Notes under the pieces: model-generated
Seen by the model: only the letters and a program-made list of their open reading frames with translations
Databases searched by the model: none
Told to the model about the DNA's origin: nothing
Assembly (NCBI RefSeq): GCF_030144855.1
Contig: NC_082731.1
Location: 24,304,001 to 24,368,000 of the forward strand
DNA from: Hypanus sabinus
Taxonomy: Eukaryota
Reading direction: 5' to 3'
DNA length: 64,000 nt
Translations under genes and position numbers: made by a program
In this document: positions 1 through 11,382 of the stretch, piece after piece
Numbering within the stretch: position 1 is the first letter of the stretch
How the letters are laid out: each line of letters begins with the position of its first letter

Positions 1-430
1 CCTCCCAGGCGGGTAACAGCCAAAAGAACTTTGATTTCTTTACATGGCAAATACTAACACATTTTATTGAATTATTACGTTTGACGTTTATCGTGATATC
101 AGATACTCATTGCGCACGAATTAAATAAAACGGAACTTTCGCTTCACTTAATAAACTTTCACTATGTTCCTACATGTCAGTTTCCTGTTAATTCCCAGGA
201 TTATTTTCCATCCCCGGCAGCTGCCAGTGATAAAACCTCCTCCCCCAGGTGCATAGCTATTGGGCAACTTATTTCACATCATATTTAATTATGTGAAATG
301 TGTTCAAAGTAATACATTTCACCGCGGTCGTCTTATAATAGCTGGTTTTATGGCTCATGTTTCTGTTTTGTGGCCATGCGAGCTACTCATCCAGAAACAT
401 GTAAAGCTTGTGAACGACAAAGGGATAAGG

Positions 431-757
431 ATGGTACGTTATGCACAGTTTGGACTTTTGGCAACGGGCGTAGCCTACGAACAGTCGGTCACAGTGTTGG
501 AAGAAGGATTCTGATATTCGTTAATTAACTGACGCGGAAGAACTGAACTCTGTTCATTCCTGATAGGAAGATTTGGCTGGTCCAATTGCTTGAAGAAAGC
601 TGAGCCGGAAATAAAAATGCACCGACTGAAGGCGGTTGACCAGCAGATTAGATGGATTGCTAAAAACGAGTCGGTCTGCAATCATTCTCATTTTGTGTTT
701 ATTATGAAAGCCATTATTCAACCGCACACTTTTGTTCAACTAATTTACTGTACCAGT
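431..757 (+). pseudogene. Possible highly decayed antigen-receptor V-segment relic
   Basis: One frame, joining ORFs 260-514 and 590-901 through two stops, reads MVRYAQFGLLATGVAYEQSVTV...GRTELC(551)SFLIGRFGW(578)...QLIYC(749)TS. The Cys/Trp/YC spacing resembles a V domain. The Cys-Trp distance is short and there is no RSS. Confidence 0.25.
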
Positions 758-959
758 ATCGCCTTTTCGTTTGCTACGGAGATGGACAGTCATAAAGTAA
801 AAGCAAAGCCAAATCGAATGCTATCCCCTTCAAATCTACCACATTTGTTTTTACCTGTTAAGCTGGCATTGCCGATTTATTTATTTTTTAACGTTAATTG
901 AGGCACTGTCATCTGACTGCAGTGATTTATCGGGGGCGGGGAGCAGTGAACGACGTTTT

Positions 960-2960
960 AAAAGAGATAATGGAAAGTGAGGGGGAAGTATGTGAATGAT
1001 TGATGAATGAATATGTCAATAAGCGAGACAGCGCTCCGCTGTAACATTTCCGTGGACAACGAGGACTTAAAGACGCAGGCCAGAGGCTCAACAACCTCTT
1101 CATTCGCCTCGTAGAGCAGCCTGGGGAATATTCTGACAGGCCCTAGGGACTTATCCGTCCGGAAGTATATTAACGACTCCAAAACCTCCTCTCATTTAAT
1201 ATCAACATCCACCAGAACATCAACCTCACTGATATTGTCCTCATTTTCATCAAGTTCCCTCTCATTGGTGAATATCGAAGAGAAATATTCATTCAGGACC
1301 TTGCTGTCTTCCACCGCCTCCAGGCGCATCTTCTCACCTTTAGCTTCTTTAAACGGTGCTACATTCACTCCTGCTATCCTTTGGGTTTTGACATAATTGA
1401 ATAATGCCTTGGAATTTTTCGTTACTCTATTCACCAATGCACTCTCATGCTTCCTTCTTGCTCTCCTCAGTATCTTCTTAATCTCCATTCCTGCTTCCCT
1501 ATATTCCCAATAGACCCATCTGATCATTGATCTTGAACATCGTGAATGCTGCCTTCTTCTGACTAGATTTCCTCCTTACATGGCACCCATTGTTCCTTCA
1601 CCCTAACGTTCTTTATCATCCTCACTGGGACACATTTATTCTCCACATTCTGAGAGAGATCCATACACATTCAATTAATGTTCATAGCCCATTTCCCTGC
1701 AAAGACATCATCAAACTCACACCCGCAAATTCTACCCTTATGGCTTCATAATTTGTTCTTCCCCAAATAAAAATATTCCTGTCCACTCTGATTTTACCTT
1801 TTTTTCCATTATAATGCTGAAGACCAGGGAGCGGTGATCACTGTCACCCAGATGCTCAGCCAATGAGAGATCTGTGACCTGTCCCGTTTCATTACCTAAT
1901 ACTAGATCTATTTTGCAGTCCCCCTAGTCGGCCTGTCAACATACTGTGACAGGAATCCGTCCTGGACACATTTACCAAACTTTGTCCCGTCTAATCCATT
2001 GGAACTAATCAGGTACCAATCAATATTAGGGAATTTAAAGTCAGGGCAGATAACAACCCTGTTCTTTTTGCACATTTCCAAAATCTGCCTCTCAATCTGC
2101 TCCTTGGTATATCTGTTGTTACCAGGTGGTCTATAGAATACTCCAAATAGTGTAACTGCTCCTTTCCTGTCCCTGACTTCCACACATACTGACTCAAAAG
2201 AGGATCCAGCTACATTACCCACACTTTCCGCAGCTGTATAGTATCCATGACCAGTAATGTCAACCCTACTCTCTTTTAAAGCACTGAAATCCAGGAATAT
2301 TGAGAATACCGTTCTGCCCTGGTGCCGGTCAGGTCTCTGTAATGACCATTACAACATAATTCCATGTATGCATCCAAGATCTCAGTGTATCACCTTTGTT
2401 CCTGATCTTTCTTGCATTGCAGTACACACAGTTTAGCACTTCCTCCTTACTACCTTTACACCCTTTATTTTGCTACTCTTTCCTTAAAGCATCTCTAAAT
2501 TTTAGATCTGTCGTTACTCCATGCACTTATTCTACTGATTCTTCACCGCCGGTCCAATCTACCTTGCAAATTAGTTCATACACTCCCAAATCATGCTAGC
2601 AAACCTACCTTCAAGGATACTGTACCATATTGAATTCAGGTGCAACACATCCTGTCTGCACAGGTCACATATTTTGCAGTGGAGATCGCAATGATTCAAA
2701 AATACAAAACACGGTCCCAAGCAGCAACTCCTCATCCACGCATTCAACTGCCATCTCCTGCAATCCTTACCGTCGTTATAACGTAGTACTGGCAGCAAAC
2801 CTCAAAATGCCACACTTGAGAATCTGTTCTTCAGCCTTCTGCCCATCTCCCGAAGCTCACACGTCAGGATCTCATCCCTCTTACTGCCTATGTTGTTCGT
2901 ACCAAGATATAGCAACACTTCTGGTTTTCTCCCTCTCGTACGAGAATAAAGTGCAACAGG
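960..2960 (-). mobile_element. Degenerate CR1-clade LINE fragment (5' region, endonuclease, start of RT)
   Basis: Minus-strand ORFs 1908-2222 (VCVEVRDRKGAVTLFGVFYRPP...DFKFPNIDW...FLSQYVDRPTRG) and 1192-1527 (KALFNYVK...LNEYFSSIFT) match CR1 ORF2 motifs. Many stops and frameshifts. Confidence 0.85.
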
Positions 2961-3084
2961 TCAGAGACATCCGATATCCATCTATCGGATGGATAGAAGG
3001 AAACACGTCACTTTTGCCACATCAGACAGCTTTGAATCGATTTATTTCCACGTACTTTATTAATAAAAAAAAAGATAAGCAGAT

Positions 3085-3354
3085 ATTAATGCTGAGTTTA
3101 ATGATGAGAAGTGTGAGGTTCTACATTTTGGCAGGAATAATCCAAATGGAACATAGAGGGTAAATGGTAGGGCATTGAGGAATGCAGTGGAACAGAGAGA
3201 TCTAGGAATAACACTGCATAGTTCCTTGAAGTTGGAGTCTCATGTAGATAGGCTGGTGAAGAAGGCCGTTGGAACGCTGGCCTTTAGAAATCAGAGCTTT
3301 GAGTACAGAAGTTGGGATGTAATGTTAAAATTGTACAAGGCATTGGTAAGCCCT

Positions 3355-3386
<32 letters not shown>

Positions 3387-3910
3387 GAATTATAGGAAAT
3401 ATATCAATAAATTAGAGCCAGTGCAGAGACGATTTACTAGGTTGTTACCTGGGTTTCAGCACTTGTTACAGAGAAAGGTGAACAAGTTAGGTCTCTATTC
3501 ATTGGAGCGTAGAAGTTTGAGCAGGGATTTGATCGAGGTATTTAAGATTTTGACAGGGATAGATAAAGTTGAGGTGAATCGGCTGTTTCCATTGAGAGTG
3601 GGGGAGATTCAAGCGAGAGGACATGATTTGAGATTTAGCGGGCAGAAGTTTAAGGGAAACACGAGGGGTTATTTCTTTACTCAGAGAGTGATAGCTGTGT
3701 GGAATGAGCTTCCTGTAGAAGTAGTAGAGGTCAGTTCAGTTGTGTCATTTAAGGTAAAATTGGATAGGTATATGGACAGGGATGGTGTGGAGGGTTATGG
3801 GCTGAGTGCGGGTAGATGGGATTAGATGAGATTAAGAGTTCGGCACGGACTAGCATGGCCGAGATGGCCTGTTTCCCAGCTGTGATTGTTTTATGTTTAT
3901 ATGGTTATAT
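3085..3910 (+). mobile_element. 5'-truncated CR1 LINE 3' end
   Basis: ORF 3175-3825 (LYKALVSPHLEYCVQFWSP...LYSLERR...FFTQRVIAVWNELP) is the CR1 ORF2 C-terminus. It is followed by the 3' UTR and a TTATATGG-like tail. Confidence 0.92.
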
Positions 3911-3989
3911 TTACGATCAGATGAGTCAAAGCAGGTCGCTTTAAACTTCGGCCTGATTCCCTTAAAGGTCGATATCCTTATGTCGTGCA

Positions 3990-4281
3990 ATTCTCAGAAA
4001 GAGAGTATCAATTACAATTCACATTTGTGCCTGTCTTACACCGCAATAGATTTGCGTGCTCAATTTTACTATTACCGGAGGAAGCTACATCCTAATAGAT
4101 TAACTGACATTTATCTGGGTCGCAGTTGTTGCCGTTTCCGGGCTATATTTGACAATATTTCAAGGCACAAGCATGATGCACAAACTCTGATCATGAAAGT
4201 AACTAAATTTCTTAAGACTGAATATGCTTGACAGAACCGGATTCTAGTCTTGTTCAGACTGTTTATTACTGCGTATACCTT
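3990..4281 (+). pseudogene. Possible decayed V-segment relic, family unresolved
   Basis: ORF 3893-4231 contains HLC-LSYTAIDLRAQFYYYRRK (FR1 Cys to FR2-like). Shifted frames then give FLRLNM / LTEPDS..TVYYC(4270)VY (FR3-like). The Trp codon is absent and there is no RSS. Confidence 0.4.
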
Positions 4282-4429
4282 TTAGTATCTAATAATCGAT
4301 TAATTAATTATGTAATGTTAGTATGATTTTTAATGAGCTTATATTTTAAAGCAAGAATTTGATGAATGTTGTTTGACATTTGAAGGTGTCTATGCAAGTG
4401 GTCACATTGAGTTATACTGCTGTACGGAT

Positions 4430-7400
4430 CCTATAATGTGCCTGGCTTTCTGTGCTCCGCATCTGATGTGGAAAGTCCGGAAGATTCCCAGCTTCCGGGA
4501 GAGCGACACCTGCACCAGCGCGTCGAGCTGAAGCTCCTTAAGGACCGCGTTAGTGAACTGGTGTTGCAACTCGATGGCCTTCGTCTATGGTGGAAGAGGC
4601 AAACTGAAGAGACGGAGGAAGAGGTGGTCGGCTCACAAATAGAGAAAGTTTGCTGGCAATGTGAAAGGGAGGATAGGCAGATCTTGAAGGGGCGTGCTGA
4701 GATCGATGGTTTTAAATGTGTCTATTTTATTGTAAACCGTATTATGAACAATGCGAATCAGCTTAGGGCATGGATCGGTACCTGGAGCTATAATATTATG
4801 GCCATTACAGAACTTTGGATGGCCAAGGCGCAGGATTAGATACTTCGAGTGCGATTCCTTAGATGTTCCAGATCGGACAAGAAAGGATGCAATAGTGGTG
4901 AGGCCTGGCACTGTAGAACAAAAAAGCGTAACGGTCATTTAAAAGGAGGAGAACATGGAGGGATTATCGACTCAAGTCTCTGTGGGTGGAAATTACGGAC
5001 AAGGAGGGGTCAATAAATCTACTGGGTGTTTTTATAGAGCACACAATTGCAACTGGGACATCAAAGAGCAGATAGGGACACAAATTCTGGAGTGTTGTAA
5101 AAATAACAGGATTGTCTTGGTGGGAGATTATCATTTCCCAAATATTGATCGTCATGTTCCTAGAACAGGGGGTTTAAATGGCGTTTAATTTGCTCGGTGA
5201 GTTCAAGAGAGTTACTTGACATCAAAATTCAGATACATATATAAGAGGCTAGACTGTACATGCCCTGGTATTCGGAGATGCGCCTGGTCAGTTGATAGAT
5301 CTCCGCGTGGAAGAGCATTTTGGGCACCGTCATCACAGCTCTGTCTCCTTCACCATAGCATTGACGAGGGAATCCGAGCAGAGAAGGTAGGAAAGCGTTC
5401 AATTGGAATAAGGGGCAAAATGAGTCTATCAGGCAGGAACTATGAAAAAGTAGATTGGAACAGTTGTGTCAGGTAAATGGAAGGAAGAAATCCGCTACAT
5501 GTTCAGGGGATATTCGCGTTGAATTTTGTATAGGTATGTTCCATTGAGTGAGAGAAAGATGGTAGGGCACAGGTACCTTGGTGTACAAAAGCTTTGCAAA
5601 TTTAGTCAGGAAGGGAAGAAGAGCTAATGAAATGTTCCGAAAACTTGGTATCGAAAGATGCCAGAAGATTTTAAGGTATGCAGGAAGGAACACAAGAAAA
5701 AAGATAGAAGAGAAAGTAGGGGCCATGATTGATGTCAAGATTAAGGAAAACCACCAGGCATTCTAAAAGTATATGAAGAGCAAGAGGATAACACGAGAGA
5801 TAATACGACCAATCAAGTGTGACAATCGAAACGTGTGTATCGAAACATTGAAGATAGCAGTGGTACTTAATGAGTACTTTGCTTCAATATTCAGAACAGA
5901 AAATGATCTTGGAGATTGTCGGGTTGAATTAGAGCGGACTAAAAAGCTTAAACATATAGATATTGAGAAAGACGAAGTGTAGGAGATTTTGGAAGGCATC
6001 AGGTGGGATAAGTCAACGGCATTCGTTGATGTATACCCCAGTCTACTGAGGGAGGCGAGGAAGGAGATTGCTGAGCTCTTGCCAATGATATTTGCATCAT
6101 CAGTGGGGACGGGAGAGGTTCCGGAGGATTGGCGTCTGGCGAAAGTTGTTCAATTATTCAGGAACTGGAGTAAATACAGCCCAGGAAATTACAGAACAGT
6201 GAATCTTAATTCAGTTGTTGGAAATTTGATTGAGAAATCCTGACAGGCAGAACATATGTACATTTGGAGAGGCAAAGTAGGATTTGGAATAGTAAGCATG
6301 GCATTGTGAAAAACTGGCAAAACCTTTCGAGCCTGATTGATTTTTTTTTGTGGTTGTGACGAAATACATTTATGATGGTAGGTTTAGTGTAATAGGATTT
6401 CAGTAAGGCATTTTACAAGATTACCCATTCAAGGCTTATTGAGAAAATAAGAAGGCATGTTATCAAAGGGAAAATTGCACAGTGGATCCAGGACTGGCTT
6501 GCCTATAGAAGGCAAAGTGTGGTTGTAAACGTGTGATATTCTGCACAGACATCGGTCACCAGCTGTATTTCTCAGGGATCTCTTCTGGGACCCCCAATCT
6601 TCGCGATTTTCACAAATGACCTGGATGAAGAAGTGTAGGGATGTGTTAGTAAATTTGCTGATTACTCAAAGGTTGGGGTGTTGTGGGTAGTGTAAAGGGC
6701 TCACAGAGATTACAGCTGGATATTCATAGGATGCAAAAATGTGCTGAGAAGTGGAAGATGGAGTTTCACCCAAAGAAGTGTGAGGTGGCTTATTTTGGTG
6801 GGTGAAATATAATTGCAGAATATAGTATTAATTATAACACTCCTGGCTGTGTGGAGGATCACAGGGATCTTGTGGTCCTAGTTCATAGAACACTCCAGGC
6901 TGTTGCGTAGGTTGACGATGTGGTTAAGAAAACATGCGGTGTAATGACCTTCATCAATCGTGTGATTAAGTTTTGGAGGCAAGAGGTAATGCAGCAGATA
7001 TATATATATAACCCAATTCAGACCTCACTTGCAGTGATGTGCTCATTTCTGGTGGCCTCCCGATAGGAAGGTTGTGAAATCTGTAGAAAATGTGCAGAGG
7101 AGATTTGCAAGGATCTACCCTGGATCGGGGTGAATGCATGCCTTATGAGAATAAGCTGAGCGAATTTGGCCTTTTTTTAATTGCAGCGACGGAGCATGAG
7201 TAGCGACCTGATATGGGTGTATAAGATGATGAAATATCTTTCTCGTGCGGATAGACAGAGGCTTTTTCCTCGGGTTTAAATGGCTAGCATGAAATGGCAG
7301 AGTAGTAAGGTGCTTTGATGTAGGTACAGGGGAGATATCAGCGGTAGTTTCTCCCCCCCCCCCCCAGAGAGTGGTGAGTGCGTGGAATGGGCTGCTGGCG

Positions 7401-7560
7401 ATAGTGGTAGAGGCAGGTACAATAGGATCATTTAAGTGACTCCTGGATAAGTATTTGGAGCTCAGAAAAAGAGAGGGCTGTGGGTAACCCAAGGTAATTT
7501 CTCAGGTAAAGATATGTTCGGCACAGACTTGTAAGCAGAACGGCCTGTACTGCTGATTGT
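4430..7560 (+). mobile_element. Long degenerate CR1 LINE (ORF1 relic, EN, RT, 3' UTR)
   Basis: The ORF1-like start VELKLLKDRVSELVLQLDGLR is followed by FYRAHN..IVLVGDYHFPNID, LNEYFASIF, PEDWRLAKVVQLF and PGNYRTVNLNSVVG, then a CR1-type 3' end near 7500-7560. Confidence 0.88.
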
Positions 7561-8111
7561 TTTTTAAGTTTCCTATGTTCCTCATCTGTTGTGCTGTTCT
7601 TTTCTATGGAAGTGTCTACATTCTGCTTATATATGAGTGTGTGTGATAACCAACCGCTCCTCCATTGCAACAAGCAAGCCTTTTTTGAGGGAAGAGATCT
7701 TCATCTTTGGACCTGGTGTTTGACGGTTTCTTATTGATATCCACTCTGTTCAAATCAGGGTGATATCTTTCTTGAAGAATCATTCTCATCAGATGGATGG
7801 ATGATATTTATTTTATTTTCGAATGTTTAATCTCACATTTGAATTTAGTGTTGCATCCTCTTATCAGAACTGCATGCAGTCGCATGGTGTGCCAAATACT
7901 GTCTCAGTTAATGAAAATATATATAAATACGTTTTATGCGACTCCAGCATACAATTTTTTACCTGTTATTAGAATCTCTTCTGATCTATGTCGCGTTAAA
8001 CCTATGACGCTGGACCGCCATAATGTTTTCTGAAATATGAAATTTCAGATTTATTTTTCATTTTTTATTTTTCCGACTTGCATTTTGATCAAGATATTAT
8101 GCCAGAAGAAT

Positions 8112-8605
8112 ATGCAGAGACGATTTACTAGGATGTTACCTGGGTTTCAGCACTTAAGTTACAGAGAAAGGTTGAACAATTTAGGTCTCTATTCATTGGA
8201 GCGTCCACGTTTGAGGGAGGATTTGATTGAGATATTTAAACTTTTGTGAGGGATAGATAGAGTTGTCATGAATAGGCTGTTTCCATTGAGAGTAGGGGAG
8301 ATTCAAACGAGAGGACATGATTTGAGAGTTAGGGGGCAGAAGTTTAAGGGAAACTCGAGGGGGTATTTCTTTAATCAGAGAGTGATAGCTGTGTGGAATG
8401 AGCTTCCTGTAGAAGTAGTAGAGGCCAGTCCAGTTGTGTTATTTAAGGTAAAATTGGATAGGCATATGGACAGGAAAGGAGTGGAGGGTTATGGGCTGAG
8501 TCCGGGTAGGTGGGACTAGGTGAGATTAAGAGTTCGTCACGGACTAAGATGGCCAAGATGGCCTGTTTCCGTGCTGTGATTCTTATATGATTATATGGTT
8601 ATAAT
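8112..8605 (+). mobile_element. Short CR1 3' end, same subfamily as 3085-3910
   Basis: ORFs 8037-8249 and 8268-8519 are nearly identical to the 3' half of ORF 3175-3825. The flanks differ beyond the tail. Confidence 0.92.
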
Positions 8606-8752
8606 ATGTCAATATAGGTATAGCGGAACTGTTTCCGTCCTTGGGAATAACGTCGCACTCTGTTTGGTCGTTTTCTTAAGCCTTCAAATAAATTCTGCCA
8701 AAAACTTTCCCTTTGTTGGATCATATTCTATGATCCTTACTTGCTGATATTC

Positions 8753-8754
<2 letters not shown>

Positions 8755-8798
<44 letters not shown>
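8755..8798. repeat. (AT)n microsatellite
   Basis: Uninterrupted AT dinucleotide run. Confidence 0.97.
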
Positions 8799-8799
<1 letters not shown>

Positions 8800-8801
<2 letters not shown>

Positions 8802-9225
8802 TCATATTTATCCATCATTTTATGGATGGAGCTGCTCTGTTTCATATTATAATAGCCCTTTTTTCTGTTCTTCGGAATTCTCCAGAACTTATCCCATCCT
8901 CATGGGATCCCACCATCAAGCACATCTCTCAACGCTTCTATATTACTGCTTTCAGTAGGAACTACTCTCCACTGCAGTCACTTGCCTATTAGTCCATCCA
9001 CACAGGCCAAGCTCCTGGCATATATTGGCGCAGGTGGAAAAAGTGCTAGACGTGCTCTTACACTTCCTCAATTTACTATTCTTCAGTGCCCCAAACAGAT
9101 TGTCCAGCTGAGATGACACGACACCAGTAAGTATATTGTGGTCTCTATGTTCGGTGCTCCTACTGTGTCCTCATGTATATTGGTGAAAAGTGAAACAGAT
9201 TGAATCCCTCGGATTTCTGCTGCAA
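8800..9225 (+). mobile_element. Decayed Penelope-like fragment (GIY-YIG region)
   Basis: GTCCTCATGTATATTGGTGAAAAGTGAAACAGATTG reads as a (L)MYIGE..R.L GIY-YIG second motif and resembles the element at 57.2-58.0 kb. Confidence 0.45.
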
Positions 9226-10075
9226 TATAAATCCAATTGGCTGCTTGTATCGATACAATTAAATGTCAAGTATTATTTAACAAAGTCTTGTTTTAATATT
9301 AAAAATCATAAAATAAATTATAGCTCACTATAAATTCAAGCCTGATGCAGGTATAGAGTCAGAATGCCACAAATTATAATTTAGTCAAGATGAACTAGTC
9401 AAGATGAATGTGGGGAGGGTTTTTCGATGTTTCAGAATAAGCTTTGCTGTCGCATGGTCACCCATGCCTAAAACAAACCAAGTTATAAAAATAAATACAG
9501 CTCTCAGCTCTTCAGGGAATGACGCATTAGCACACAGCCGACGGTTTCCTCACCATTTTATTCATGACAAACAGACCACCGAAACTCAGACGTGTCGGCA
9601 TTTTTAGAGTAGAAAATGCGATACCATTCAATCGTTGCGTTGTGCGTTTCATTGATTTTTGGTGAGAACTGAAGCCGTTTTTAGTGGTACTAATGCTTAC
9701 GTATACAGCGAATAGAGCGGTTTCAGACTTTAGACTTCAAAGATGAGATTAAGATAAAGCATGCATAAACTGAATACTTGAGATTTTAACCGTGAGCATG
9801 GGGACATCGGGTTGTATATTTATTCATGAGAAAGAATAATGTAGAGTCTATTTTATTTTATATTAGAAAAAATAGACTTCGTAAGACTGCATCGATCTCA
9901 GTGTCGTTCACCTCAGGTGCACAAAAGCATCCGATTAAAGTTAGTTGCTGATTGACATCTGACAGTTAACATTTTGAATTCTAATAATCATACAGGTTCA
10001 TATGCAGCATCATCTGATGTACTGAATCAGAATTGCAAGAACTTAATGAAACAAAGGACATAAGGGATATAAGTT

Positions 10076-10090
10076 TGAAGTCAAAAATTG
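10076..10090 (+). promoter_or_regulatory. Degenerate CRE-like promoter motif of V1
   Basis: TGAAGTCA (one mismatch to TGACGTCA) lies about 40 bp upstream of the leader relic. It sits at the position matching TGACATGA-GGAAGT upstream of V2. Confidence 0.3.
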
Positions 10091-10121
10091 TTGAGAAAGT
10101 TTCAGTAGGCACACAAATACT

Positions 10122-10165
10122 ATAAAATTCTCTAGTAGTTTATATTATTTTATGTAAACGGCCAC
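10122..10165 (+). pseudogene. Defective leader exon of V1
   Basis: Reads (ATAA)-NSLVVYIILCKRP and aligns to the V2 leader (ATG AAT TCT CT...). The in-frame start position is TAA, and the aligned donor is C|GCGGCG instead of GT. The implied intron 10166-10221 is only 56 nt. Confidence 0.55.
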
Positions 10166-10221
10166 GCGGCGTGAAGCCAATTGGTTTTGAATATGAAATA
10201 TAAATTCTACCTATATTCCAG

Positions 10222-10523
10222 AACTGTGTTATAGTGTTTCAGTGACACAGCGGTACTCCTCACTCAAAGGTACTGAGGACGAACGCATTACCTTCACTTG
10301 CAGCTACACCAGCGATATTAATTACTTGTTTTGGTATCGCCAAAACCCCGGTGGACAGTTCAAGTTCGTGGCTCAGCGAAACGCACGTGGTGGCAACGAC
10401 ATTCAAGCGGATTTTGCCAAAGTCCGGTTTGCTGATATAGTCCAGCAGGGACAAATGGAGTATCAGTTGACCATCCCGGCGATGCGACTATATGATATGG
10501 CAACGTATTATTGTTCCGCACTT
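10222..10523 (+). CDS. TRAV/TRDV: T-cell receptor alpha/delta-type V segment exon (V1), open frame but leader apparently defective
   Basis: Acceptor TTCCAG at 10216-10221, phase 1. The frame reads LCYSVSVTQRYSSLKGTEDERITFTC(10299)SYTSDINYLFW(10332)YRQNPGG...YQLTIPAMRLYDMATYYC(10512)SAL. All V-set hallmarks are present and an RSS follows directly. Confidence 0.93.
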
Positions 10524-10562
10524 CACAGTGGTGGAAACCGATTCTGTCCTCGTACAATAACT
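10524..10562 (+). promoter_or_regulatory. 23-bp-spacer recombination signal sequence of V1
   Basis: Consensus heptamer CACAGTG (10524-10530), exact 23-nt spacer, nonamer ACAATAACT (10554-10562). Confidence 0.95.
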
Positions 10563-11099
10563 GCCGAAGGTGCCTGAGACACAGCTGCTCTTTGTTTCGG
10601 TCAGTTTGCCTCAAGCTTCCAGCCATTGATGCGTAATTGCAGAGTCTAATTACTATTTTCCTCTGTTAACTGTGTATATAGACCTTTCGGATGCTAAGTA
10701 TATTCATCTTTGCAAGAATCTCCGAAGTAATCTGAAGCAAATTTATGTCGACTATCGTTGAAACTTGCTTCAAACGCTCCTGATAGCTAATTAATGTCTG
10801 GTGTATAGTAATCGCAGAATGAACCTGAATTAAGAAGGTCTGACACAATTTCAGGTAGAGTGATGCTAGAGAGTTTGTGAACCCTGCAGCATGTCACCAT
10901 TCCTGCGTCATTAGACATAAATGTGATTAGATCTTGATGTAAATCCTAAACGGCAAACACATCATAATCGTTCACATATTTATTGCGAAAATGATCGATT
11001 GTTACATGCATTTATTTTGAAAAGTATTTAAACATCTGGGGTAATGTCTCTACGAATCCTATTCGCGGTCATTTGTTGTAATCAATGAGATGAGGCTGG

Positions 11100-11382
11100 A
11101 GGTGTGGGTTGTAGAGGTGCTCAGCCTTATGACTACACAGTAAGTTATGTCACTAACAGAGCCTGCGATTTTCACGAATACAAGTTACGTCCACTGGTAC
11201 AAATGCTACCGGTTCCTATCGAAAACGACATTACTTCTCCCGAAAAGATCGCCCTGCACAAAAATCATAAAATTAATTTACTCCGACGAATGCTCAGTCA
11301 TTAATCCATTGCCAAATTATACTTCTATTATCTTCCCTTTTAGGTGACACAGGCAGAGTGGCCAAGCGATAACAAAATATAA
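11100..11382 (+). pseudogene. Possible decayed V relic
   Basis: AIFTNTSYVHW(11195)YK motif, with ACDF in an adjacent frame. The end TTCTATTAT...AGGTGA-CACAGGC...ACAAAATAT resembles a V end plus a broken RSS (17-nt spacer). The W-to-end distance is short. Confidence 0.28.

Noticed and set aside
490-520. Perfect heptamer CACAGTG
   Set aside because: There is no nonamer-like sequence at 12 or 23 bp, and it does not follow a V end.
883-950. D-segment-like arrangement (T-run, 12 bp, CACTGTC, then G-rich GGGGGCGGGG)
   Set aside because: The heptamer lacks the essential terminal base, the nonamer matches only 5 of 9, and there is no 3' RSS.
7700-7730. J-like FGPG motif (TTTGGACCTGGT)
   Set aside because: A stop follows two codons later, with no upstream RSS and no splice donor.
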